Origin: an uncultured virus (IMG/VR IMGVR_UViG_3300042363_000251)
Taxonomy: Duplodnaviria > Heunggongvirae > Uroviricota > Caudoviricetes
Length of the DNA: 20,000 nt
Virus record (IMG/VR): IMGVR_UViG_3300042363_000251
Reading direction: 5' to 3' (one strand)
Shown here piece after piece: positions 1 through 8,156 of the stretch. The notes below the pieces were generated by a model. That model was not told the DNA's origin. It worked only from the letters and a program-made list of their open reading frames with translations, and made no database searches. Every line of letters begins with the position of its first letter. Position 1 is the first letter of the stretch. The translations under genes and the position numbers were made by a program.

Positions 1-80
1 TTTACTACACCAATAGTAAGAATAACACAATTGGGTGATGTGTCTAAAGATTCTATATCTATCATCAAATGAGAGGGCAT
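1..80 (-). CDS. DEDDh 3'-5' exonuclease (DexA / Rv2179c-like), 5' part only; runs off the window
   Basis: Not in the ORF track. Manual translation from ATG at 80 gives MPSHLMIDIESLDTSPNCVILTIGVV, matching the ExoI motif HLMIDxE...VILxIGxV. Confidence 0.75.
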   Translation of the reverse strand, partial: MPSHLMIDIESLDTSPNCVILTIGVV

Positions 81-81
81 A

Positions 82-372
82 TCATTCCCATCTTAGTTTA
101 GCTAACATATATTCTTTATCGGTCTTTAAGTAAATAGCGCGTTTGCTGTCCTTGCTATCGTTAGCCCAAGCCCATATTGGCCAGTCTTCGTCATGTGCCC
201 AAGCATCGTGTAACTCATAACTACGTCCCCAAATTACTTCACACCATTGTCTAATTTCATTAAACGTCTTGATTTGGTCCCGAGAATTCATACCATGAGT
301 CTCTATCATATATTGATAAATATTACCGCCGTTGTATCTTCTGTCTATCTTTTTAAATGTTATTATTCGCAT
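82..372 (-). CDS. small hypothetical protein, LRWE-terminal family
   Basis: Trp-rich ORF ending YMLAKLRWE. Start probably MRIIT at 372, overlapping the upstream gene end (track start is 381). Confidence 0.75.
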   Translation of the reverse strand: MRIITFKKIDRRYNGGNIYQYMIETHGMNSRDQIKTFNEIRQWCEVIWGRSYELHDAWAHDEDWPIWAWANDSKDSKRAIYLKTDKEYMLAKLRWE

Positions 373-614
373 AGTTTCCAATGGACATATATTTTATCGT
401 TTATTGTAACACGTTTACTAGTCAACCACCAATCTTTTAGGTAACCTTTGTTAGGATATTTTTCCCATAACCAATCTTCTAAAGCTCTAGTCCAGTCACA
501 CTGAATAAAGATTTGTTCTTGCCATTCATTATTAATGAAAATCTTTTTCCTGATTTTTCGGTTGGTAGGAACATAATCAATTATGTCTACATGATCGTAA
601 TAATTGAAACCCAT
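363..614 (-). CDS. small hypothetical protein, divergent LRWE-family member
   Basis: 83 aa ending YVHWKLCE. The ATG directly follows the upstream TAA, with SD-like AGGTGG. Confidence 0.75.
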   Translation of the reverse strand: MGFNYYDHVDIIDYVPTNRKIRKKIFINNEWQEQIFIQCDWTRALEDWLWEKYPNKGYLKDWWLTSKRVTINDKIYVHWKLCE

Positions 615-872
615 TTATTCCCACCTCAATAAAAACCATTCATAATCTTTAGACTGTTCAAACGCTATACGATTATCAAACCAACGATGTTCACCTATAG
701 TGTTTTGTTTTACCCATTCTATCACTTCATCAAGTTGCTGATAAGAAATTATTGCACCATGCCACCCACTTGTGATACACAAATTGTATAATAACTCTTG
801 ATCTAAACGATTACGAATATTATTCGCCATCTCAGTTAGAATCTCATCATGCTCGTTTTGTGACAAGCTCAT
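615..872 (-). CDS. small hypothetical protein, LRWE-terminal family
   Basis: Ends YEWFLLRWE. ATG at 872 is in an ATGA overlap with the upstream stop and is preceded by GAGGTGG. Confidence 0.8.
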   Translation of the reverse strand: MSLSQNEHDEILTEMANNIRNRLDQELLYNLCITSGWHGAIISYQQLDEVIEWVKQNTIGEHRWFDNRIAFEQSKDYEWFLLRWE

Positions 873-1093
873 TCCCACCTCAGTTTAAACCAAATTCTAT
901 GTTCTTCTATTGGTACATACCAAATATCAGATATACTAAACAATTCGGAACCTTGGTATTCTATCTTTATATCACAATCTTCAGCCCACTTCCAAACTTG
1001 TTTTCGCATGGTCCAATGTGAACATACTAAACAACTTTTGGGTATGTTTAGTTGCTTTGATACATCATCTAATGAATATATCTGTTCGCTCAA
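869..1093 (-). CDS. small hypothetical protein, LRWE-terminal family
   Basis: 74 aa ending RIWFKLRWE; TTG start 2 nt after the upstream stop. Confidence 0.75.
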   Translation of the reverse strand: MSEQIYSLDDVSKQLNIPKSCLVCSHWTMRKQVWKWAEDCDIKIEYQGSELFSISDIWYVPIEEHRIWFKLRWE

Positions 1094-1095
1094 CT

Positions 1096-1788
1096 TTAAT
1101 ACCCAGCTTCTTTCAATAGTTCTTTAACTTGCTTTACTTGTTCTTTGTTTCGCAAAAACTTTAATGCCCATTGTTCAGGATTGATATAATCAAAGATCAA
1201 TCGTTGTAAACCTTCATCTAAACTTTCAATAAATTCAATACCCGATTGACTTTGATATAACATCCATGCACTGATCTTGCCGTTAGTAATCTTATAACAA
1301 ATTTTATTCTTACTACCATATCGTAAATAGTCACCAGCTTTAATATTATCTGGTTCTGCTAATTTAATAGTAGTTTCAATGCTTCTAGCAATAGCATCAA
1401 GTGGATCTTCTTCGCGCAAGTAATAAATCAAGTAACGATTGTATACTTGATCACTAGTCCAACTATCAATAGAAATTTTATTGTCTAGCAACCAATCTAA
1501 GTATCTAGTAATATTGATAGCATTAATATCAACACAATAGTTACCAAATTTAACAAAGGCTATGTAATATGCGCTTTTTACAAAGTCCAAATAAGTTTTT
1601 GGTTTTCTTGAGTTTGTATTCTTTTTGTAAAAAGCAAGCCAGCACTGAAACGCTATTCTGTTTCCAGCGTTATCTTTTTCATGCACTCTACGCTTAGTTT
1701 CGCACATGTGTTTAAACATTGACTGTTCGCGTTGGAATTGCTTATTACAAAAGTCGCAAACAAATTCAGTTACCTGAGTCTCTTTCAT
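1096..1788 (-). CDS. phage protein with N-terminal C2H2-like zinc finger
   Basis: FVCDFCNKQFQREQSMFKHMC motif. Start probably MKETQ at 1788 (track start is 1806). Confidence 0.75.
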   Translation of the reverse strand: MKETQVTEFVCDFCNKQFQREQSMFKHMCETKRRVHEKDNAGNRIAFQCWLAFYKKNTNSRKPKTYLDFVKSAYYIAFVKFGNYCVDINAINITRYLDWLLDNKISIDSWTSDQVYNRYLIYYLREEDPLDAIARSIETTIKLAEPDNIKAGDYLRYGSKNKICYKITNGKISAWMLYQSQSGIEFIESLDEGLQRLIFDYINPEQWALKFLRNKEQVKQVKELLKEAGY

Positions 1789-2365
1789 ACTGATTAAGTT
1801 CATCATCGGTTACAATAGTGCTCAACAATTCTATTTCGTCTAATTTTAGTGTTGGGAATTTTTTAGCTAGTACTACTTTCTTTTTGTGTTCAGTAACAAA
1901 TACTTCTGCTACTTCTGCTATGTCTCGTTCACTGGCTGTTGGGTATATCTTTTTATAGTAGTCTTGAATCTCTTTAGTTTTAGCTGCTTCTTTAAGTAAG
2001 CTTACTTTTTCACCTATCTTGGGTATCCATTGATGAAACTGTTTCCCCTTGCCTGGGCTAGCAGCACACAACATTAACCATTGTAGTTTTGGATGAGAAT
2101 GTTCTTTACTAGCAATCATATGATCTAGCAAATATTTGTTAGCATAATATTCTGTGCTTTGCAAATAATATCGTTGTAAATCTTTATTGCCTTTAATAGC
2201 ACTCATCCATTGTACTAACAAAAATGGTACAAACTTTTTCTGCTGTTCGGGAGTTAACCTGTCAAAAAAGTCATAGTCTTTTTTGTCCAACGCTTCTAAA
2301 GTTTTGAACAGATCCAAATCTTGATTTTCAAAAGTTTCGTCTTTTGGTACAGATTTTTTAGCCAT
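1766..2365 (-). CDS. putative clamp-loader small subunit (T4 gp62-like)
   Basis: 199 aa. The pattern FVPFLLVQWMS...AN...HPKLQW...KQFHQWIPK resembles the gp62 family, and the gene sits in a replication context. Recognised by eye only. Confidence 0.5.
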   Translation of the reverse strand: MAKKSVPKDETFENQDLDLFKTLEALDKKDYDFFDRLTPEQQKKFVPFLLVQWMSAIKGNKDLQRYYLQSTEYYANKYLLDHMIASKEHSHPKLQWLMLCAASPGKGKQFHQWIPKIGEKVSLLKEAAKTKEIQDYYKKIYPTASERDIAEVAEVFVTEHKKKVVLAKKFPTLKLDEIELLSTIVTDDELNQYERDSGN

Positions 2366-2868
2366 TAAAAGACTTTCCCGTAATCAACTACTTCACAGTT
2401 TCTGCTAATCTCTTTAACAAAATATAAGCATCGGGGCTTTTCGCTATCATCAATGGGTACACATAAAAACTGACCATTTCTAAGTCTAGGCGAAAACCAA
2501 GTTACATCTTGATAAATGTCTACAATCTCTATAGGAAGAAAATCGGGCGCATAAGAAGTAAGAGGATTAAATTGAAACGCATTAAATCCTCTGTCGTTTA
2601 CACTAGACAAGGGAAGAGTTTCTAAATCACCGTGTTCAGATTCTCCAATTAAGATTTGCCAATCTACTGGCATTTTAATTTTTCTATTACCCACTTGTAA
2701 AACTACAGCAGGCGAGTTAAAAGACTCTAAAAATATCAGAGGTATAAAATAAAAGTCTGGATTATTTGGATTAGAGTTATCTAATATTGCAAACTGAAGA
2801 TCGTCTATTTCTTCAGGTAATGATTCTAAATTGTAACAACTGTTTACATCTAAGTTTAATATTCTCAT
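2365..2868 (-). CDS. hypothetical protein, beta-rich (possibly degenerate Hint-like fold)
   Basis: 167 aa ORF coupled to the next gene by a TAATG overlap. Confidence 0.75.
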   Translation of the reverse strand: MRILNLDVNSCYNLESLPEEIDDLQFAILDNSNPNNPDFYFIPLIFLESFNSPAVVLQVGNRKIKMPVDWQILIGESEHGDLETLPLSSVNDRGFNAFQFNPLTSYAPDFLPIEIVDIYQDVTWFSPRLRNGQFLCVPIDDSEKPRCLYFVKEISRNCEVVDYGKVF

Positions 2869-2874
2869 ATTGAT

Positions 2875-2903
2875 ATTATATCTCTAATAGTCTAATTTTT
2901 CAA
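2875..2903 (-). promoter_or_regulatory. sigma70-like promoter, probably leaderless
   Basis: TTGAAA-N17-TATAAT, with the ATG (2868) 6 nt after the -10 and no SD. Confidence 0.45.
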
Positions 2904-4338
2904 TACTAAACGGATAAGAAGCTTCTTTGTAAAAAGCTTTTCTTTGGGTAAGGTGCCTTTTAGAAAACTTACAATCGCTAGTTATATCCCAGACGGCAAC
3001 ATGATCTTTATCCTCTGCCATGCGCAGACCCCTGCCTATGCTTTGTATTACTCTTACAAACGACTTACCAGGTTCAAGCATAACAATGTTAAACAGTCTA
3101 GGTACATTAATACCCACGGCTGCAACACCGTATGTGCAAACCAATATTCGGCCCTCACTCGTTCTAATTTCATCATACTCTTCTTTCCTCTCTGTTAATT
3201 TCATTTCTCCAGATACAAATACTGAGTTAGGTAACCTTTCTACTAACTCTTTACCTGCACTGATTCTGTCAACTAGCACTAATGTATTGCCGGTATCTTT
3301 GATTTTATCAATCAGTTTAGCAATAGTATCTAGTCTAAGTTGATCGGTGGTTAAAAATTTCAATTCACTTTGATAGTCTTTGTATTCTTTGCCGTCTTTT
3401 AGCTGAACAATGTTTACATGACACTGTGCAAGAACGCCTTGTTCTTGTAATTCACTGGCTGAAAGCTTACCAACAACCGGACCTAGTGACACTAACAATG
3501 ATAGTTTGTCAAAGTCAGCTTTTGGAATAGTACCAGTTAAGCCCCAACGAATTGGCACTCGTGATAGCACACCAGTAAGTAAGTCTTTTAAAACTTCTGC
3601 TTTTGCTTGGTGCACTTCGTCAACGATCACGCATACTACGCCTTCAATAAAATCGTTGATAGTAAAATCAGCGTCACCTGATTGTGTTGCTTTTAACAGA
3701 TTGTTCAATGATTGCCAAGTACAAATAGTATGAGTTTTGTTTAGTTCTTTTCTATCTCCAAAATAAACACCAACATCAAGACCTAAGTTAACATAGTCTT
3801 CTTCTGTTTGTACTACTAATGATTTGTTTGGAACGATAACGATTGATCTACCATATTGTTCTACTGACAAAGATAGTGCAGCCGTTACTAAAGTTTTACC
3901 TGCGCCTGTTGCTGCTTCTTGCAATGATTGCGGATTAGCTAAAAAGGTATTTACAATCTCTACTTGATAATCTCTAAACATAATAGACTCACCTTCTTTA
4001 ACATGACCTTTAGGCCAAGTTTTATTAGCAAAGGTATCTTCTTTTATTTGTTCAAATTGAAATGTAGTTTTGTAAGTGCGTAAGTCTTCTAGTTCAATAT
4101 CGTAATTAAAGTTATCAATGATAGGGATAATTTGATCTAGTAAATTAATATGAGTGGCGCCACCTAATGAAAAGTAGCTGATCTTACCATTCCATCTACC
4201 CAGACGAACACTAGGCAAGTACCTAGCACCGGGTTTTTCCACTTCAAATTTTTTCATCAACGCTTTACGAGCATCAAGTTCTAATCCTTGAATTTTAACA
4301 TTTACTTCATCGGTTATAATTATTTTAGCTGTTTTCAT
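2884..4338 (-). CDS. uvsW: SF2 DNA helicase, UvsW-like
   Basis: RDYQ Q-motif, ATGAGKT Walker A, DEVH box, GLTGT motif III, QSIGRGLR motif VI, and the N-terminal WNGKI segment typical of UvsW. Confidence 0.88.
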   Translation of the reverse strand: MKTAKIIITDEVNVKIQGLELDARKALMKKFEVEKPGARYLPSVRLGRWNGKISYFSLGGATHINLLDQIIPIIDNFNYDIELEDLRTYKTTFQFEQIKEDTFANKTWPKGHVKEGESIMFRDYQVEIVNTFLANPQSLQEAATGAGKTLVTAALSLSVEQYGRSIVIVPNKSLVVQTEEDYVNLGLDVGVYFGDRKELNKTHTICTWQSLNNLLKATQSGDADFTINDFIEGVVCVIVDEVHQAKAEVLKDLLTGVLSRVPIRWGLTGTIPKADFDKLSLLVSLGPVVGKLSASELQEQGVLAQCHVNIVQLKDGKEYKDYQSELKFLTTDQLRLDTIAKLIDKIKDTGNTLVLVDRISAGKELVERLPNSVFVSGEMKLTERKEEYDEIRTSEGRILVCTYGVAAVGINVPRLFNIVMLEPGKSFVRVIQSIGRGLRMAEDKDHVAVWDITSDCKFSKRHLTQRKAFYKEASYPFSIEKLDY

Positions 4339-5354
4339 TTTACCTCAATTGGATTTGAATTCTTTATAAACACACATTTAGCAACAGCACCAGCTCCGCA
4401 GAATTTTCTACTTTCATCGCCGTGATATTGTAATAATACAGGTGTTTTGATAGTGCTGTCTACTGCAAAATCAGATTTAACGGGTATAACTTCAATATTG
4501 TTCTTTTCTAAGTTTTTAATTAAGGGCACGAACAGTTGTTTAGTTTTAAGAAAAGCGGTATGAACACCTTTACCTAATAATACTTGTTTAACATCTAGCT
4601 CTGTTAACCACGTTACTATTTCAGTTTCATCAATTTCTGTTTCAGTTACAAACTCACTAGCAAACTTTTTGATCTTGCTATCAATTAAATCTTTGTGAGT
4701 TTTTATACCCAACTTAGATAATTTAAAAAGAGTTTTGGGATCAGTGTTAAGTTCTATGTTGCTTATACGATTGCCTATTGGTTCGTTTACAGCAATGATA
4801 TAGTAGTTATTATTTATGTTGACTAAAGTTGGTTCCCAGATTATATTGGGATCAGTTAAAGTGGACACTTCCGATAATATTCTTTTAATGTGATTACAAT
4901 AATAAACTTCTGGAAAGTATTTGGGAAGAATAGTATATGCAATTTTTAAAGCATAGGTACTCATAGAAGATATGTACGCTTTTTTAGTCTTATCCCAATT
5001 AAACGTATTGTCTTTTATATCATCAAACCTTTTAATAAACTTGTTGTTCATTGGAACTCGGATAACAAGTTTGTCATTGAGCAATGATACTCTAGCCGCC
5101 GTATATTCTTTAGATGTTTCTATTACCTGCGCTTTCCATGGTAACTCTAGTAACTGATCTTTAGTAAGGTTAGTTTGTTTTAACTGAAGGAGATATTTTT
5201 CTACTAGTTTTGAGAATAGCTTATCCTGACCCGTAGTGATCGTGTTAGTATCTTTGATAATTATGGTTAGATTATTAAAGAATTTTCTATCACTATAATG
5301 AAGTCTAATAGATTTGGATAGAAAGAAATAAAGTAAATGTTCTTTTGTCTGCAT
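4335..5354 (-). CDS. hypothetical protein coupled to the helicase
   Basis: 339 aa with an ATGA overlap to the helicase. The segment LVIRVPMNNKFI...FNWDKTKKAY is weakly HARP-like. Confidence 0.75.
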   Translation of the reverse strand: MQTKEHLLYFFLSKSIRLHYSDRKFFNNLTIIIKDTNTITTGQDKLFSKLVEKYLLQLKQTNLTKDQLLELPWKAQVIETSKEYTAARVSLLNDKLVIRVPMNNKFIKRFDDIKDNTFNWDKTKKAYISSMSTYALKIAYTILPKYFPEVYYCNHIKRILSEVSTLTDPNIIWEPTLVNINNNYYIIAVNEPIGNRISNIELNTDPKTLFKLSKLGIKTHKDLIDSKIKKFASEFVTETEIDETEIVTWLTELDVKQVLLGKGVHTAFLKTKQLFVPLIKNLEKNNIEVIPVKSDFAVDSTIKTPVLLQYHGDESRKFCGAGAVAKCVFIKNSNPIEVK

Positions 5355-5362
5355 AGTAGTAT

Positions 5363-5392
5363 ATATTACTATAGAGTCAAAATAGAGTCAAA
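5363..5392 (-). promoter_or_regulatory. possible promoter containing an 11-bp tandem duplication
   Basis: ATAGAGTCAAA x2 (5371-5392) gives two TTGACT on the minus strand. TAATAT lies 17 nt from the distal copy, and the ATG is 8 nt further on. Confidence 0.35.
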
Positions 5393-5401
5393 CTTAAAGG
5401 C

Positions 5402-5425
5402 AAAAAAAGGGACATCAATGTCCCT
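5402..5425 (-). terminator. intrinsic terminator
   Basis: Minus strand reads AGGGACA-TTGA-TGTCCCT followed by a T run, downstream of ORF 5457..5687. Confidence 0.75.
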
Positions 5426-5456
5426 AAAACAAAACACCATCATGGTGTCGGAAAAC

Positions 5457-5687
5457 TTAAATATCAAAATATTTTTTGACAAGATTTTTTATCTCTACAA
5501 AATCAGTAACACCGTTATCAATTGCATTTCTTGTTACCAATAAGGTTCTGTTGATTAGCTGTTTGGTTAACACTTCAACAAAAGGATCAGGTATATACAT
5601 CTTGTTTATTTCTTCGTTGTCTTCAGGAAACAGATCAAATACTTCAGTAATCGCTTGTCTAAAAATATCTCGTGTTTTATCGTTCAT
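5457..5687 (-). CDS. hypothetical protein
   Basis: 76 aa with SD AGGGAG. Confidence 0.75.
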   Translation of the reverse strand: MNDKTRDIFRQAITEVFDLFPEDNEEINKMYIPDPFVEVLTKQLINRTLLVTRNAIDNGVTDFVEIKNLVKKYFDI

Positions 5688-5703
5688 GATATTACTCCCT
5701 TAC

Positions 5704-6729
5704 TTAACCACGCTTTACACAAGTTGCTTCAGCCAGCATTTTCCAGTTCTTTGACACTTTAACAAGATCAGCAATCTTTACAGCCATACGCAGTGAAATT
5801 TCACGCAGATTAGTCAGATTGGTTTCCATGAAGTCTAAGATTTCAGTAGACTGAGCATCATTAAAACCATAATCCTCAAACAAACCGTTGTTGGTGTCAC
5901 GGTGAACTTGACGCACACGCAACATTTTGTCACGCTCGGTGTCAATAGTCAGATCCAAGTAATGTGCTCGTGATTGCAGCGCATCAATGTGTGCCTTGAC
6001 AGTAGAACGCTTGTTGTTGTTAGCAACATCAACGTTAGTGATAAAAATGATTGAACCGTGAAAGTCAAACGAGTTAGGTACACCTTCGTCTCTGAGCAAA
6101 CGTGAATCTTTGTTCCAAGAAATTCTACGCTTCTTGCCTGAATCCAAAGCACCTTTCAATACGTTTAACGCATCAGGGTCTGACCAAACATCACAATCGT
6201 CAAACACTAGTACATTGCGTGGGTCAGAAAACTTGTACAGTGTAGCAAACAAACCTATACCAGAGATCGCACCTTTGACAATTTCAAAACGTGGATTACG
6301 TTGAGCAATTTTGTCAAACAAGCTTGCTTTTTCCATTTCTTGAATAACAGTGTGTGACTTGCCTACACCGGGAGGACCAGTTACGATCAAAGCACGAATG
6401 TCACCTGCGATACACGCTTTTGTCATTTCATCCATAATTTGAAAGCGGGTGCTAATACGATTCATTGCTTCTTCGTCTGTTTCTTGCGGGAGGGATACTT
6501 GCGATTCAACTACTGCTTCAGTCATGGGTTCACCTGTTAGGTATTCAATAGAACTGATATTATCTACTTTGATCTTGATGTTGTCAATATCAATAGGGAA
6601 GTGACCTTCGTTCTTTACAGTAACGTAGCCGCCTTTAACACCTACTTGATAGCCCCGTACCAACTTGAAAGTAGTGTTGATAATGGGAGCATTACGATAA
6701 GTACCGCGCTTGATTCTGATTACTGACAT
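5704..6729 (-). CDS. AAA+ family ATPase
   Basis: Walker A GPPGVGKS, Walker B VLVFDDCD, sensor-1 IIFITN and an arginine-finger-like ALQSR. Confidence 0.85.
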   Translation of the reverse strand: MSVIRIKRGTYRNAPIINTTFKLVRGYQVGVKGGYVTVKNEGHFPIDIDNIKIKVDNISSIEYLTGEPMTEAVVESQVSLPQETDEEAMNRISTRFQIMDEMTKACIAGDIRALIVTGPPGVGKSHTVIQEMEKASLFDKIAQRNPRFEIVKGAISGIGLFATLYKFSDPRNVLVFDDCDVWSDPDALNVLKGALDSGKKRRISWNKDSRLLRDEGVPNSFDFHGSIIFITNVDVANNNKRSTVKAHIDALQSRAHYLDLTIDTERDKMLRVRQVHRDTNNGLFEDYGFNDAQSTEILDFMETNLTNLREISLRMAVKIADLVKVSKNWKMLAEATCVKRG

Positions 6730-6765
6730 AGTATTTTCTCTCTTGTTTGTTTACTGTATGATGTT

Positions 6766-6798
6766 ATTATAGCAGATTTGGGTAAGAAGTCAAGCCTT
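6766..6798 (-). promoter_or_regulatory. repeated early promoter, copy 1
   Basis: TTGACT-N16-TATAAT with extended -10 TG. Confidence 0.85.
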
Positions 6799-6807
6799 AT
6801 TTGAAAT

Positions 6808-6954
6808 TTATTCTGTTGCAGGTACGATCAACTCAACACGGCGAACTCGGCGGTCGCGACTAATGCGGTTGAAGAAACCCTTAGCAGCAATATATGTGTC
6901 AAAAGACTTGCTCAGGCTATCATAGTTGTAGTATTTGTAGGTTACAGTATACAT
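6808..6954 (-). CDS. small basic hypothetical protein (48 aa)
   Basis: Not in the ORF track: MYTVTYKYYNYDSLSKSFDTYIAAKGFFNRISRDRRVRRVELIVPATE. Fills the space between two promoter copies. Confidence 0.75.
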   Translation of the reverse strand: MYTVTYKYYNYDSLSKSFDTYIAAKGFFNRISRDRRVRRVELIVPATE

Positions 6955-6987
6955 TATACTTTCTCGCTCTTTGTTGACTATAGAACT

Positions 6988-7020
6988 ATTATAGCAGAAA
7001 TGGGTAAGAAGTCAAGCCTT
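6988..7020 (-). promoter_or_regulatory. repeated early promoter, copy 2
   Basis: TTGACT-N16-TATAAT with TG. Confidence 0.85.
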
Positions 7021-7022
7021 TT

Positions 7023-7280
7023 TTAACTAAATTCGTAAATTTTAACAGAAGGATCCAGCTTAACTAGCTCTTTAGCAGCAGCAGTCAATGCACGATACCG
7101 GGCTTGAACCTGACTACGGGGCAGTTCACCGTCACAGGTAAGATTCTCAGGGCTAAGATCGGAATCAATCATACTGGCTACACGTTGTCTACCTTTAGCA
7201 GTTTTAATCTCAAATTGCTCACCGTTGAAAATCGCGTTCCACTGATTCTTTTGATTGATAAGTGCTTGAAGTGCTGACAT
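7023..7280 (-). CDS. phage hypothetical protein (LSPENLTCDGE motif)
   Basis: Start reassigned to MSALQ at 7280, following SD CAGGAG. Confidence 0.8.
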   Translation of the reverse strand: MSALQALINQKNQWNAIFNGEQFEIKTAKGRQRVASMIDSDLSPENLTCDGELPRSQVQARYRALTAAAKELVKLDPSVKIYEFS

Positions 7281-7312
7281 TTTGTGCTCCTGTTTATTCA
7301 CTGTATAATACT

Positions 7313-7382
7313 ATTATAGCAGGTTTTACCCGAAAGTCAAGCCTTTGGCTAAAAATAAATCTCTTTAGAAATCAATAACTTA
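7313..7382 (-). promoter_or_regulatory. repeated early promoter, copy 3, with IHF-consensus box
   Basis: TTGACT-N16-TATAAT (7313-7340); AATCAATAACTTA at 7370-7382. Confidence 0.85.
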
Positions 7383-7607
7383 GCTTCCAACTGAAGTAAA
7401 ATCCAATTCTTTGTTGGTTTTTATGTCGGTTAAACTGATTATTGTATAGTTGGTACGAGTACTGTTACTTACTGCCCAAGCCCAAGCTTTAGCATCGTTA
7501 TAAGTCATAAAACCCATACGATCTGTATGGGTTATGCCTTCAAGTGTACCTGAAGTAAACTTGCGTACAATCTCAACTTGAACAGGGTAGTTTTCGTATA
7601 TATTCAT
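7380..7607 (-). CDS. hypothetical protein
   Basis: 75 aa; its stop codon lies in the IHF-like box. Confidence 0.75.
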   Translation of the reverse strand: MNIYENYPVQVEIVRKFTSGTLEGITHTDRMGFMTYNDAKAWAWAVSNSTRTNYTIISLTDIKTNKELDFTSVGS

Positions 7608-7615
7608 ATTATATT

Positions 7616-7685
7616 AGTGTATCAGAATTAGAAAGAATGTCAAGCCTTCTATCAAAAATAAAAGGCTTGACCTATCAGTTACTTA
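7616..7685 (-). promoter_or_regulatory. repeated early promoter, copy 4, with stem-loop and IHF-consensus box
   Basis: TTGACA-N16-TACACT; 10-bp inverted repeat 7639-7648/7662-7671; TATCAGTTACTTA at 7673-7685. Confidence 0.7.
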
Positions 7686-8156
7686 CACCGATTCTAGGTA
7701 CTTATTTTGATCAGAACAAATGTCAATGATACTAAACATAGGTTTAGACGTAAAGGGTCCGTAGGGCATGTGCTCTTTTTTCACGCGATATACGGGAAGA
7801 CCGAATTTTCTGATTCTATTCTCGAACCAATTCTGTAGATCGTTATACGTCTGACCGCTGTTAGGATCTATCCACTCCCATACCCATTGGTCAAGTTTGA
7901 TACTAACATGCGCTTGTAGCAATCTACGAGACTCTTCTAAATCTGTTACTACATCTGTGGGCCCATAGTACAGATCATTAAATTGTTGAGCACATCCAGT
8001 ATGACCTATATAAGCTTTGATTCGTTTCTCTTCATGGGTTGTTCTACCCCAACCGTCGGTGTGAACAAATATATCTGATCCGACAGTTAGCGGTATTTTA
8101 TGACCTGTTTTTATGAGATAAAGACCGGTCGTAGAATCATCCTTTAGTGCAATCAT
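7683..8156 (-). CDS. hypothetical protein, possibly degenerate GIY-YIG/T5orf172-like nuclease
   Basis: GLYLIKT...GWGRT...KRIKAY...LEE. ATGA overlap with the upstream gene. Confidence 0.45.
   Translation of the reverse strand: MIALKDDSTTGLYLIKTGHKIPLTVGSDIFVHTDGWGRTTHEEKRIKAYIGHTGCAQQFNDLYYGPTDVVTDLEESRRLLQAHVSIKLDQWVWEWIDPNSGQTYNDLQNWFENRIRKFGLPVYRVKKEHMPYGPFTSKPMFSIIDICSDQNKYLESV

Noticed and set aside
7662..7700. Divergent plus-strand promoter from the inverted TTGACC
   Set aside because: There is no acceptable -10 at 16-18 nt.
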